Shown piece by piece: positions 36,137-50,248 of a DNA stretch of 64,000 nucleotides. This DNA comes from Takakia lepidozioides. Lineage: Eukaryota > Plantae > Bryophyta. Position numbers and translations under genes: made by a program. Positions within the stretch are counted from its first letter, which is position 1. Every line of letters starts with the position of its first letter. The stretch is taken from NCBI GenBank assembly GCA_030704615.1, contig CM060731.1:3596001-3660000 (forward strand), read 5' to 3'. Under the pieces are notes generated by a model. That model saw only the letters and a program-made list of their open reading frames with translations, was not told the origin of the DNA and made no database searches.

Positions 36137-37404
36137 ATTGTCCCGCCCTTCAGTATGTGGGGAGTGGGGAGGGATTTTTGGTTTGGAAGCCTTCTACCCA
36201 AAGCTGTTCACACAAGCCCTTTTTGAGCTCCCTTTAGAGTGATTGTGTCATGTGTTGAAGTCGATGGCAAACCTTCAAAGATCAGTTTGAGCGGCTTGAG
36301 ATAAGAGTACACATAATACCTACTACCCAGTCCCTTAGACTGTCAACCGGATCTATTTGTGGAATATTTGGAGCAGTGGGTCTCTTTTGGGATTAGCTTA
36401 CTTGGATTGACACGATAGGCCACAAATGTTGCCTCAAAATACCCCATATGTCAGGGACTGGCTTTTGAAGGGTAATACGAGTCTTGGTCATCGATATGGG
36501 AATGGAATGATATCTGATGATATCCAACAGTGAACTAACTTGATTGACTTTATTATTCCCAGGTAATATGAGAATTTATTTGGATCTGTTGAAGATGTGC
36601 AGTATGGGAAGTGAGACTGTAGTCATTAAAGTCGTTGTTTGCCGTAGCCTTGTGGCCATTGACCCCACGCTCAGTTTGAGCAGAACAGGAAGGGACAGAA
36701 ACTACCTTTGTTTGAACATGTACAGTATTTGACAGAACTGGAAGCAAATAACCAAAACCTTTGTAGGCAAGGAGGCGAATGAAAAAAATATATCTATTTC
36801 TTTTGACACTACACTGATAAGCGGACTTAGTTGCCAGCACCACTCAAGTTCACAATGTCAATGTACAGAGAAGAAGACATCTGTGGGGCTCTGTGCGATG
36901 CTGTTTCCACTGACAGTAGCTGAGGTTCTGAAAGTCTGCAGGCAGTTTGTGGACAGATTTTGGCAGGAAGTCAGGGCTGTACACAAAGAAAACCAAGTTG
37001 GAAGATCTCATAAAACCTTTGAATAAGGGACAAGGCAAAGATACAATATTTGTATGCATGTCATTGGTAGTAACATTATGTTGCATGTCCATTCATTCAC
37101 TCTCTTTCTAAAAGAGATTGTAAATGATAGATAAACGGAAGGCACACTTTGTGTACACCAGAAGCTGGCGAGAAGTATCTGAAATGAGCACACCTATGGC
37201 AATCCCATAGACAATGTATTAATTACAAAAAAATGTTCAATGAACTTGAATAAGCAAAAAATAGATTACAGAAGAAAAGCATTGGAAAGGGCCATACACC
37301 CAGAGGGAACTGCCATATCTCTTGCTACAGACCTGACCAACGCAAAACCCTATGCCCAAACATAAATTCATCGTTTGAAGCTTGCAAGGTCAGAGAAAAT
37401 GCTG

Positions 37405-40400
37405 TCATCTCACTTTTTGAAACTGTGGATTTCGAGGGTGTATAGAATTCGTATCCTCAGGGCACATGCAATCGGGCACTGGATAGGTGTAAATTGAAGC
37501 TTCCTTCTTGCGTAGCTCAAGGCCTTTCAAATCACTGTGTCTTCGCATTGCCTCCAGATGGCTGGAAAACCTCTCCCATCTGTGCTTTGTCAAAGCCACA
37601 CATTAAAAGCCTGATTCACACATCTTGGTGCTCTTGATTACTGACCCTATGAAGAAGAAAAACTTGGATTGTTTGGTGTTTTCGCACACTTTAATGTGAG
37701 GAAAAAGCATAGTACCTACCTAGGTATTGTCATGGCAAGTTTTCTCAGCCCCTGTAGGACAGGAGTTCAAAAAACTCTTGCTCGACCATCATTAAAAAAG
37801 GTCCCCTTTTCTCCTACATGGAAGTCTTCCCTAATGAACATAATGCTTGCTTCGGCAAGAGTCTTCCTCTCCTCTGGGAAGGCATAACATCCAGGAACCT
37901 GTTTCTATCGTCCCAAAGGTCTACTTCCTTCTGTTTGGAAGGTGTACACCTTCTAGCGGGTCACTCAAAGACTCCAAAGTCTCAGTGGGTACACATTAAG
38001 TAACCGGTTGACCAAGGCACGCCCCTTTTATGGCCAGGTTGGCCATAATGGGTGACATCCAACACACACCTATGTGGCTTTGCACCCACGAACACTTATA
38101 AGGCGGCCTTGTGTCCAACCACTGGACCATCTGTTGGATGCTTGTGCTGTCACAATTTTATGGACAGTACAAGAAACATTATGAAGCCTATGTGTAGCAG
38201 GACCAAACTGAGCATAGTTAGCACACATACTAAATTTTTTATCAAGCCAACATGAAAGTGTTGAAGTTTCGGATTTATTTTTACCCAATATTGGGATTGT
38301 CCAATAGCAATGCCAGCTTGCGCTTGTCTGGTCGTATAGTCTTGGAGTGGCCCTTGTTGAGGAAGCGGCGATGCCCAATCAAAATTTGCGGAAAGTTCCC
38401 ACCTTGTGTTGTCACAAACACTTCACTGTGCAAACACACTGTATAATCCAATGCAGCCATCCGCGAAGAATACTCCTGCCACCATGATCAAACCCAGCTT
38501 TCTTTGTCAGTACTGTACATTCATATTGGCAGGAGTTGGGAGGAAGAGAAGTCACTTGGGACATACAGTGAACAAGTCCGCTTTAATTATACAAGAAAAA
38601 GCCCCAACAAGCTAATGAGACTATGATTGTTTGGTCGAACCTTGAATGGTGCCAGCTCCTCGCGGGAAAGAAGAGTTTCTTTGGTCTGAAGGTAAGGATA
38701 CATTCTCCAAAGAGGCTCCATGCTCTCTTTCTCTTTGTAAATTTTCCCAGCAGCTAGGTAGATGGGGGTTGTGTTTCTGAAACCCATACCTCGTAGCATC
38801 ATACCCACCTGCAATACATTTTTTCGATCCAACTGACCATGAGTTACCTCAAGCTGCTTAAACCCACAAAACAATGGCATCGACTTCACCTCAGAAGGAA
38901 CTCAACGAAACTGAATATTGCCTAGTCTTCATGTATGACTGAAAGCATGGGGCCTTGTTTTGAGTCATGCCTAAGCAAGTAGCAGTAAAGTTGTGCGCCC
39001 AGCCTTCGCATCCTTACCAGCTTTCTTTTCTTTTCTGGCTGCAATGAGACTCCAAATTGTTCAACAGCTTTTGTTCCTTTCAGACAGGGATATTATGAAG
39101 CATAGTTTCATCCACAATCCATGCTTTAAAAACCTCATACCTTATCTAACCAAAGGACTTCTACACATTTGCAGCTGTGGCAGGAAGATTACGCACATAG
39201 AGCACCCTACAAAAATTGGGGCTGATTATGGGGAACTTTACCTCTGTTTTGCAGCATGTTGACAAGGTTGACTGTCTGGAAAGCAGTTGCAACTGCACTG
39301 TCTAAGCTCATCAAAGGCTACAACTATGGCTGGGACTTGGTGTCCAGCAGCCCTTTTCTTTCACATCAAAATCAGGTGGACACTCTATTGATGACGAAGT
39401 ACAGCTTCCAAAACCTGGTTTAATCTTAATTCATTTTACACTAGCACTGTTTGGAATATCTTGGTCTTTGATGAATATTGTATCCTGACTTAAACACATT
39501 GTCCTCAGCAAGCCGAGCCTCACAAGGAGCCTTCATACAGCTTGGACGAGGAAACAGATGTGGGAGGAAGGTAAAGAACATGCAAGCAACACACTCAGAG
39601 GGACAAGATTTGGGACATGAAGCAGTGGTTAGGGAGAGAGAGCCAGAGTGCAAACCTCCAGAGGTGTCAACGGGCATTTCCCATTCATCCTGATAGCTGC
39701 AGGGTTGATGACCCGACCAGTTTTATTGAACTTGCCCTTCCATGCACTCTCCCGGGCATTATCCAACACGTGCTTTTCCTCTTTGCCACCCTCATATATG
39801 CAACATGAAAAAGCGACCATATCCTGGCAACATTTTATAGGTGATGAGTACACTGCTGTTGGACAGCCACTCTTGCTTGACTTTAGTCATCTGCCCCTTT
39901 ACAAACATCTACTCTTTTTTCCCCTCTATTAGTTTATACTAAATGTCCCTGCAAGGCGAGTCATGCCCATCCCTCGTACCATCCTCTGGACATAACAGTA
40001 TATGATGGCTACGCAAAGATTTTAGATTCCTGGTCACAAACAACAAACATGAACCTAAATGAAACATCAAGGAGAGAGGGAGAACCTCTTCAAATCGAAG
40101 ATGGACAGCAACGTAGTTGCCATCACTGTTAGCACTCTTGGCAATCATTCGTTTGACCAGTAACTGCCCAGTTGATGCAATCGGTTGCGCAAACCGTAGG
40201 GCCTCAAAATTGGTGAAACACCTGAGTTTCTGAATTGTTTTTGGAATTCCGTCATATGACAACCGATTTGCAAATGGCGAAAACCTAATCACTCTGCATG
40301 CCAGGCAACCCATGCGTTCATTGGCAGACTTAAATCATCTGGACAAACGACAAACATGAAGGAGTCTCTGGGAATGGAAGAGATACAGTCATTTCCATAC

Positions 40401-43023
40401 TTGTCACAAAACACGACCAATTCACACAATACCTCCACAAAGATCCCCCACCACATGTTTAGAAGATGGATCACAACTCTATTTGGTCACAAATGAGTCA
40501 TACACTGACTGATAAGTGCAGGTAATAAAGAAAAGATTAACATGTTGACAAATACTGCAAATAAATGTACTCATTTCGTGGAGTGCATGTGAGCCCCGAA
40601 ATCAACAAAAAAATAGAATATGAGCAGAATGTGCACCTGTGTGTGTAAGAGAGAGAGAATTAAAACATACCCCCGGTTGATGAGTTCAGGGAGGACCGTA
40701 TCCAGATAGAAGGAAGGCTTTGCCCATGCCTTCACCTTAATTTTATATATCATGCTGGTGTTGTCATAACCTGCCATTATTTCGTCGGGCAGCTGCCTCA
40801 CCACCCTCACCTGACGTGCTAATGTGTCGATGAAATGGTCTTCATCATAGATTTCCCCAAATTTGCTGCAAATATAGAAGAAGCCAGTTTGGATTGAGTG
40901 AACCAATTAATGGCTGGCAAGAATCAATGCAATAGACATTTCAAGTTCAACCCATATCGTGCAAAACAACATACCCTATGTCAATCGTGGCAGACTTGAG
41001 TGATTGGGCTGGTAACCCTAACCCTAATTCCCAGTTGTAAGCTGACCAAAAGATACATTAGGTTCAGCAGGTGACAGATAAAGAGCTGACCAATTTTAGG
41101 TCATGTGACCCTTCAAAACATCTCAACAAGAACACTTCCCCTCTCTTTTAAACGAACCAATTTGTGCCCCTACCTGGGATCTCTCCAGACACTATTAAAA
41201 TGAAAACGGGGTATAATGAGGGTCGCGTTCAGCAGGCGTGCTACCGCTACAGCATTGCAAATCTGCAACATTTATGCATGAAATGTGTATCAGAGAGATT
41301 GGTATAAGGAAAAGAATCTTTCACAAATACAAAGACAACATTCCAATAGAGCAAAAACAGTAGAAAAGGGAAATAAAAACTGAGACTGGAGTGCCCACAA
41401 CCCAGAATTAGAATCTGGTCATGAATTGTCTACCTGCCCTACATTGGACATGAACGGTGTTGCAAGAATGGGACATACCGAGGAGCGCTGTTGATTGAGT
41501 CCACCATTAGCTTCTATAAGTATGTATCCATTTGACTCTGGCACACCTGCAGATTGAAAACTTGCTATCATTCCCTTGCTTTTTCAGGTTTCAGACTGTC
41601 TGTATTTTTGTTTTACCCCCAAAAACACTTCCCTCTTTGTGGATCGACTTCTGTTACTCATGACCCGTAGGATACACACAATGGTGAAGACAACAAATCA
41701 CAAGGTTGTGTGATGACAGGGCTCTGGCAAGGATTTTAGGAGAACAAATTTGTCAGTTTCCAAAGTTCAGACTTGAGTGAGATCAGAATCAGGAAATGTG
41801 GCACCTGAGTGATGTCAATCTTTTTGGTTGACATAACATCCAATATATAGTGGTTGCAATATGTTATGCCTTCTGGTCTGTGACATGTTCTAGAACAAGT
41901 CACTGAAATATTTTCTGAACTCCTGCCAGGATAGGTAAGTGTATCAACAGCTGACTACATGGCTGCAGCCTGATTTTAGACACAGATTCAACGCAGGTGT
42001 CTAAGGATGTCAAGGCCTTTTGTCAAGTGAGCGCTTCGAGAGTGAACCCATCTACCTTGCTCTTGCTCTCCATCCTACACCCACCACTTTTGCTACTTTC
42101 GCTGGCAGCCTGTGGATGACCAGGACAACCGCTTGTTGCAAACACAAAATAACGCCCAGGCGTTTGCACCATATTAAAGTGAGAAAAGGGCCCACCTTGA
42201 AGAGAATCATGGTGAAGGTGGTCAAGGCAGGGCACATAGCCACCACCCTCTTTTGGATACTCCCAGGCTGCCAGCACCTGCCGGCCATGCCCAGCCGCGT
42301 CCACCTCCATCACTAGCCCCAATTCAGCCTACAATCACCATACCCCCCCTTCCCACTGTTGTTGAGATAGCCAACCGACATCGTAAGTTGTCCCAGCCCT
42401 CAATGTAGCAAATACAATTCTCTCTTTCCAGAGCGGGATGGACGAACCTCCTAACTTGAAGATCAAGCCAGACATATAATTGACAGGTACCACGCCTTCG
42501 TAACAGCAGACTCCCGGGAAAATTCAGCTACCAAAATGAGCGATCCTCGAAGACAAATCACAAAGTCAGCGACCAAAAAGAGTGTGGAGGAGAGCAATAA
42601 GAGAGCGAGTACCCCGTATGCGGAAGCATTGGCGCGCTCCATCTCTGGCCACAACTGCCTGAATACTTCATCGCTGCGGTAAATAGATCCGGGGGGCGCG
42701 TGCCTCGGCAATCTTGGCAAATCCATTGATACGCTACCCATGTAGAGCACCATACCCGATACATAAACAAGGGGGGCCAAAAGAAGAACTCCATGCCGCC
42801 TGACTAAAAAAGTGAGCAGTACGAGTGTTAAGCGTTGCCACAATGTGTGAGGTGCAGGGGGAGGCCCAACCGGGAACACCATCTTCCCACTTTTCGTTCG
42901 CCCAAAGGATCGCCCATTGCGGAGCCGTGGGGAGCGCCCCGGCGAGAGAGGAGGGGAGGGAACATGGCCAATATAGCCTGGTGGCCGTGCGTACACATAC
43001 GTAGGCTCTTTGCCGTTCTGCAT
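37405..43023 (-). CDS. ESMD1: ESMERALDA1-type O-fucosyltransferase family (GT106) protein, 10 exons: 43023-42613, 42277(or 42328)-42196, 41546-41479, 41262-41174, 40865-40671, 40293-40086, 39823-39656, 38808-38641, 38475-38285, 37579-37405
   Basis: [92 protein letters not shown]. All GT-AG junctions are phase-consistent. Confidence 0.93.
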
Positions 43024-45198
43024 CAGCGGATGCCTGGGACCCGCCCTCGGTCATCCATCTGGGGGAAGAAGAAGCGGTTCTAGGAGCAGTCAGCCATCAG
43101 CCTCCAAATCCACAACGAACCAGAGCTAAACTACGGAGGCAGCATCTTGCAAAACTCTATCGCATTCTCATCTCCTCACCAATCCAACCTCACCTCCATT
43201 CCACCCATCACTCCCCAAAGGTGCCACCTTGCCTCGAAAACGCCATACAAGACACCACTTTCCTACAAGTCAAGCTCGCAAACCAGGTGAGGAACAGATC
43301 TACGCAGCCGAACTCATTTGCACCATCACTTCTCTCTCCAGAGAAGTAATGCAGATCACAGCCTACACGCTTCCCTTCTCCAAGCCAGGAATGAAAACCC
43401 ACGGCTCCGAATGCCTGCCAGACAACAACACTACAGATATGTGCTGGAGCACAGTTGCAGATCAGCAGCAGAGACAAAGAAAAAGGTTGACAGACGCCCA
43501 ATCATGCTCCCACAAATACTTATGGCTCTCTCTCTCTCTTCTCGATCAAGACACAGACAGACAGGCAGGCAGCTGCGCAGACAAGCCAGGGAGAAGCCAA
43601 GCAGCCAAAAACCACAGGCCCACGCAAAGTCAGGGGTCAAAGCAAGCACAGGGGTCCACTCAATCACAAGGCGCCATTTTGCTCACGTGGCGAGCCGGTT
43701 GTTGTAGCCCCACCTCGGTTGACGTCCCCAAAGCCACGTGTCCGAATGGGACACGTGTCAAACTTTGGATGGGCTTCACACTTTTGACACGGGTAAGTGA
43801 ATCTCATCCATTTTATAGATGAATGTGCCCTGGGTTGACAGAAGATGGACGGTGGATGGGAAGCCAGTACGAAGAATATCCGTAATAATACAGCGTGTAA
43901 ACACGCCACGTGTAGAGAGAGTACGGGCAGTAGGACTGGAAAAATTCCCATATGATTGAACACTCTGCAACCTACTCACTTACCGACGTGGCCTCTCATC
44001 AGTTCTCCCCTTTTCGAGGGGAGAGGAATATGCAAGTTATTTCATTATTCCAGGAAATAATGTTGACGATGCGGCCGAGCCGCTTGGATACAGGCGGCTA
44101 CGTTGCGCATCATTCTTGTCTTGCACTCTTCACAGTCTTCTCACTCTTTTTTTATGGTCGATTCCGATTCTAGCCTAATTTCGGGTCCTGGTTGTGGAGC
44201 TTGTGCTTGTGAAGCTTCGGCTCCCCTTCGGCTGTAATGTTCAATGGAAAAGCCAATTCAAGGACCTAGTATGTAGAGGTATCGTGTGAAATTCCGCCAA
44301 AAGAGATATTGAAGCTATCTCCATTCCTCTTCTTTACCAATCTACGGCGACTGGCATCATCGCAATGACAGAGCTTTACGCTCAATACAGTCCTGTGTAA
44401 CAATGATGTTAGCGAAGGATTTGCATCAAATGTTGTCGTGGGGTAAGTGATTGTGTTTCCGCACTGTGTCCTGTACATATGCAGGTACTAGATCTAGTGT
44501 TAGCAAGAGCATGACAAAGTTTACGCCGACATTGTTCCATAACTACCCTTCACGTCAGTTCTACCTGCTTCTGCGCCAGCTCTCTTTTCACACCAAGATT
44601 GCAGTCATCGTCACACTGGGACGGTGGGCTATCTTGAGGCTGTGTACGTCGACAGTCTGATGAGCAATTTCTTTCTTCGTCCTCTTTCTGTCTCTCCTTT
44701 ACGAGCACTGGACCGACCATCACGTTACAGCACGGTCCGTAAGACAGAGTTTGCTTTCTGCGCTACAGTGCGACTTGGACGTGGTTCTTGCTTTCTCACT
44801 TTATTGACATGTTGAGACCACAAGGAGAGGGGCAGAGACTGGTTTAGCAACGTTCATACTTGCCACACAATCTAAAGCAAACCTTTTCATGGAAACCTTC
44901 TCTTATCATGCATTACTTGGACGGACATGGAGAGCCTTCAAGTCACATTCTCCTGACGATAAAGCAAATTGATGAACGCAACTCAAGACTTCTCCAAGAT
45001 AGAAATTTGCTACAGTGATTCGCACTGTGGAGTTGGAATGTCAGGTACTCAGATCCATGGTGGAGATGGAGAAATCAAAAGTGATTGACAAATTGGTTGA
45101 TTTGGCAATTTACTTGAAAGATTGCTAGAGACAGGGAGAAAATCAAACAATAGCTTGCAAATCGAAATTGAATGTGTATGTTACAACGTCATATTCAG

Positions 45199-45495
45199 CA
45201 CAAAACTGACCCTACTTACATTGGTCAGATATTTAATCCACAGTGCGATACTAACTTCCAACCTTCAACGAAGGAGGCACAAAACAATAAATTTACAATG
45301 TTATAAGGCACAAACTGACCCTAAATTTATTGGACAGTATGTATTTACAGTGGGGTAGTAAATTCCAACCCCCAATGAAGGAGGCACAAAACAATAACTT
45401 CAGTGTCATATGGCACAAACTGACCCTAAATTCTTTGGTCAGATATAATGTATCCCACAGTGGGATAGTAAATTCCAACCCTCAATGAAGGAGGC
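45199..45495. repeat. ~105-110-bp tandem repeat, three copies
   Basis: CACAAACTGACCCTA..TTGG.CAG..CAGTG..TTCCAACC..AA.GAAGGAGGC occurs three times. Confidence 0.85.
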
Positions 45496-45702
45496 GAATG
45501 TCTTATAGATGGTAACTGCAGGGTGCTTAGGTGGCAGTGTTTCTGCCAAAGAATGAATACTTCGGATGGTGGAACAAGAGACGTCAAAATCAACTGAGTC
45601 TGAATAGGACAAGGTTTCCTAAGGTATAATATTCACATTCCAATGAACGAACTTGCGCGCGCTTCATGGTTGCAGATCCGAGACTCTTCCCACCATGCAT
45701 TC

Positions 45703-46414
45703 CTACCTCTGAGTAGAGATGTATGTTTCGTAGAAGTTGAGACCATCAAACTGTGGTGCAATCTTTGGCACACTTCTTCGCACCGGCTTCGGCTCTTGCT
45801 TCTTAGGGTCTGACTGTGGCTTAGCAGGTTTTTGAACTGGAATTGAAGAAATCTGCAAAGCGGACAAAAACAGTGTTAGTGGAAGAAGTTCAACAGGGGT
45901 GGAACTCTCTTTCGCTCTCTTTTCTTAGAAATTGACTTCCACATGCTTGTCATCGACGTTGAGTGGCAGCAAACATTCAAAGAAAAACTTACTCAATAAC
46001 AGACACTAATATGCCAAGATTCACATGTTTGCCATAAAAACAGCGCAGAAGCAATCTTGAACAAATAACACATAAAGAACCCTATGAAAGTGCCGAGGCA
46101 AGTAATTACGAAATTCTCTATAACGACGATAACATGAGAGAGCCTAAAGTTGAAGTACCGTATGCAATTCATCCGAGGAAGGACCGTTCTGTAAATAAAG
46201 GACGCGAGCCTCTATGCCGATCAAGGCTGCCGATGCAACAGCCGCAAATCTCCCCAAGCCCGACATGGTGCACAATTGACAAAGCCACACCCGCGGCGGA
46301 TCTGAATAAGACTGACGAAACGAAGCAACCTCTGAATGCGAGACGCGGAAGCAAAAGCAACAACTCTGCTTAGACTTGGATTTCGCGCTCCAGTTCAACC
46401 AACACACAGATCAT
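45703..46414 (-). CDS. Small spliced peptide gene ending in an APxFDGLxxxET motif; start uncertain
   Basis: Last exon 45852-45703 follows ACTAAC...TTTGCAG and reads ISSIP...VPKIAPQFDGLNFYETYISTQR*. A 30-nt exon lies at 46188-46159, and there is a TATA box upstream. Confidence 0.7.
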
Positions 46415-46615
46415 GTGCAATTTCCAGGCTCTCCCACAACTATCTCAAACACCAACCAGTGCGCACTCAGGGCCAAGGAACTCGTGAACGTGCAATGATG
46501 ATAATGGATACGACGCAACGCAGGAACAGCAGCAGCAGAAACGCTATCAAGATGAAATTTGTGAAAGAAGATGATAAAATCTTGGCGATGTGGAGTATGA
46601 GGAGCACTAGTTGAG

Positions 46616-46624
46616 CTTATATAC
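46616..46624 (-). promoter_or_regulatory. TATA box of the small peptide gene
   Basis: GTATATAAG on the minus strand, followed by a pyrimidine-rich 5'UTR-like stretch. Confidence 0.5.
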
Positions 46625-47089
46625 GCTTACAGACCACCATCTCTCTCCAAAAGCCTCGCTTTAAAACACAAACACCGAGAAACCTCTCGGCCCTTTCCCT
46701 TTCTTTCCTCAAACGGACAGGCTCGCCTTTTCAACCAGTTTCTTTATCTTTTTCTCTCTGTAAATTCACTGGACGTTAAAGAATCTTTATCTTTATCTTA
46801 TCTCCTTATTCCTTTTTTCCCTTTTTTGGTTTTTATTTTTGTTTTTATTTCACAGCATACACGTGGCATGTACAAACGTACAAACCTGTCACAAGGCAAT
46901 TGGGTAGCCGTGCGAAGCGGAAACACGGTAACTAACGCTGGCCTTAAGTAGCGCGTAACGGTCTCGTTTGGTATCGGCGTTGGCGGGCGAGCAGGCACGT
47001 ATGCAAGGCATTGCAAGTGTTCGAGAAGGTCCGAGGTCGACGGCTATGGATGCCGCGTCGCCCGAAACCCTCGTCCCGCATTTGCATCT

Positions 47090-47416
47090 TGCCTCCACCT
47101 GCAGATCCCTGGAGTCTTCTGTCTCTCTGACTCTTTCGACTGTCTGTCTTGGCTTTTACCCCACCTGGACATCTTTGGAGGTTAGGTCCTTAGGCTTCAT
47201 GTCTTGGCTCGTACCCCACCTGGACATCTCTGGAGGTTACGCTACGGGGCTTCATGTCGTGGCTCCTACCCCACCTGGACATCTCTGGAGGTTAGGTGGC
47301 TTCCTCTCTGCATGGCTACTATACCAACTGGACATCTGCGGATGTCGGTAGGCTTGCTGTCTTGGATCCTACCCCACCTGGAGATCTATGGAGGTGTTAT
47401 TAGGCTTCCTGTGTTG
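47090..47416 (+). repeat. ~55-bp degenerate tandem repeat (5-6 units), possibly an LRR-coding remnant
   Basis: TACCCCACCTGGACATCTCTGGAGGTT core; translates as L.PHLDISGG / LYQLDICGC. Confidence 0.7.
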
Positions 47417-48769
47417 ATCTTTCTGGTTTTTTGGACCCCACCACCTTGCATGTTATGCTGTGAGTTGGCTTGTGCGGGCCCGTATGGATTCAGGAGCTGA
47501 AAGACACGCGTGGAGTTTGGAAGCTGGAGAGATGCCAACTCACACCCACCAGCAACAGATTCTGTCTGCAACTGGAGCATTGTAGGCGATCACTCTTGGA
47601 TATCAGGACTGTCTGTCGAAGTATGAGTACGAGATTGGTGTACAGTATGCCGAGTAAGTGCAGTGTGGGGCCAGTATCATGTATCATCCGATCAATCTAT
47701 GCACTCAATGAGGAATACCCTGACTTCATCATAACCGCAGGTACGATATTTTGTTGGTAGACATATACCTAAAGCAGGGGGCATACCTGACCACATACCA
47801 GGCCATGTACCACCTTCCAAAAATCTAACTGGTGCATCATGATGGGCACTTGTTCTACACTCAAATTACTCAAATTGTTTTTTAATTTTTTACTCAAATT
47901 ACCTTTTTAAAAAATAAAAAATAAAAAAGAGAGGGACCTTTAAGTTTACTAATGTGTTACAGCCTGGCTTCCTCTCTTTTATTTCATTGTATTTTTAACT
48001 ATAGTATGTTGGCCTATGACCGAATGGGTGTCTATGACTGAACACGCGGTAACTCTTTCCGTTAGTGCCTATAACCAGTCATTGCTGCCCCCATTATTGT
48101 TCATTTTTATCACTTATCAAATAATTATTTGATGAACCCCCAAATTTGTGACTGGTCGCAGGGCTCAAGGTATACACAAGCATTCTAAGGGCGATACCAC
48201 ACTAGCAGTAAGAGGGGCAGCGGCACTGAAGTTTGGACCTTTATATTGGTTTAAGGGAGGGCAGAGGGCAGTGTGTCGTTCTGCCTACCACACTAGCGGT
48301 TGCTGCCGGTGGAGAGGCGTTGACATGGCCTACATGTCCAGTATCGTGAAATACGGATTTCCAGACACTCATAAATCCATAATTTTAAGAAGACATTTTG
48401 TAGGGACGCGATTCTCCCGCCATTGCGAAGCTGGTCTCTCCGACCCCGTCGTGCGATGGTCTCACCTACCAATTTTTTTGCCGATGGGCTTCTGCTATAG
48501 TATGGTAGCCGATTCATTGTCGCTTGGTGAAATGGACCTATATCATCCAACAATCTTTAGCTTGCAACGTCAATGTTAGTGCCGTTGGTGTGCCGCTAGT
48601 ATGGGTTGGATTACATCTTGGAAACCTAAGGAAGTCATCCCTACCGGATTAAATTGATTTATCAGCTATGATGATTTTTCATCCAGACCGGATGAAATCG
48701 CGGGTAAGCGATTCTGGTTTAGTTCTTTAAACCTAAACAACCCGATACTTGGGCTTGTGAGATTCATGG

Positions 48770-50248
48770 AGGTACGCGATGGCGGCGGATTGTGCTCCTC
48801 AACGCGTCTTGGCTTGCCCGAGACAAGATGAGGAAATTGAAGCAAACGGATGACATTCGGGGATATGTTCAGGCTTTCAATGTGGTATTGCTCGAAGTCG
48901 CGGATATGGCAGAACCAGAAATGGTTTTCAACTTTGTGGGGGGATTGGCTCCATGGGCCAGGCGGAAGTTGGAGGAGAAGCCACCTAAGATTTTGAACGG
49001 GGCAATTGAATGCTTCTCGGATGTCTCTAGGGGCGAAAGACAAGGTCGTACAGAGCTGAACCATAAGAAGACCCGGCGGGCGGGTGACTCCTTTCGACCG
49101 GAAAAGAAGTGGGATAGGCCACGCGGCGACAATGGCACATGAAAATCAAATAGAGGGCCTTCATACGTCAAGGCGGCCTCGGTGCTCCGAAAAAAAAATC
49201 AGGTTCGGCGGTTTATGGCAGACAGAAAGCGGCCTTCGATGGAATGTGTTTTAATTGTGGGGAGCCCGGGCACATGGCCAAGAAGTGTGCAAAACCCCGA
49301 CAATTGAACATGACTCGGGCGACCACGGAGCTGTCCGAAGATTCCATCAGTCGCTTGGTGGAAGCGGTGGTTGCAAAGACTTGCAAAGTAGGCAACTACT
49401 CTTGTGAATTGTATCAGGAGATTGGCTCATTGCGTAAAGAGAGTCAGTTAATGTTCGTGAGTGAGATAATTTTCAAAACTAACGTGTCGTTGTTGGTGGA
49501 CACATGAGCGTCGCACTCCTTCATGACAATGGCAATGGCACGGAAGTTGGGGCTCCCGACAAGTGATGTCGGGGCCTCTATTGAAATGCGTTCTGTCAAA
49601 GGAGAACCACAACTGGCGACGAGGTTGGCGTTCGATGTTCATCTTCAACTGGGGAGTTAGGAGGGACGTGAGAATTTCACCATTTGCAATATCGATGGAG
49701 TGGATCTCATTTTGGGGATGACATTTTTGAACAAATCCAGAGCGATCATAGATGGCCGGAAAAGAGTAATCACGCTACCGTGTGGGAATAGTGGCGAAGT
49801 TTTACGGGTGTCGGAAACGTCCAACCGAGTGGGAGGGCGAATAAACCTGCTGATAGCAAAAAGAGTGGGTCGTGGAAAAGCCACACGAACCCTAGTTTTT
49901 GCTTTACGTAAGACAAGTGGAAGGAGAAGTCGATAGGGAGCCGAGCCCAGATTGGATCAAGAGGATCCTGGAGAAATACCAGGATGTGATGCCGGAGGAT
50001 TTACCAAGCGGCGTGCCACCGCGAAGAGGAGTTGATCACAAGATAAAGGTAATACCGAGATCGGAGCCGCCTGCCAAGGCGTCCTACCGGTTGAGCCACA
50101 GAACGGTTGGTCGAGCTGAAGGCCCAACTCAATGATCTAATGTCAAAGGGGTACATCCGGCCGAGTAAGTCACCTTATGGAGCTCCGGTGTTATTCGCAG
50201 ATAAGAAGGATGGGACGCTGCGGATGTGTGTCGATTACAGAGCACTCT
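48770..50248 (+). mobile_element. Degenerate Ty3/gypsy gag-PR-RT fragment, 3'-truncated
   Basis: [76 protein letters not shown]. Confidence 0.9.

Noticed and set aside
43229-43822. 197-aa plus-strand ORF
   Set aside because: It lies antisense to the probable ESMD1 5'UTR/promoter, is low in complexity, and has no recognisable domain.
47150-47400. CRISPR-like repeat/spacer appearance
   Set aside because: The 'spacers' are homologous to each other, the repeats are degenerate, the context is eukaryotic, and there are no cas genes.
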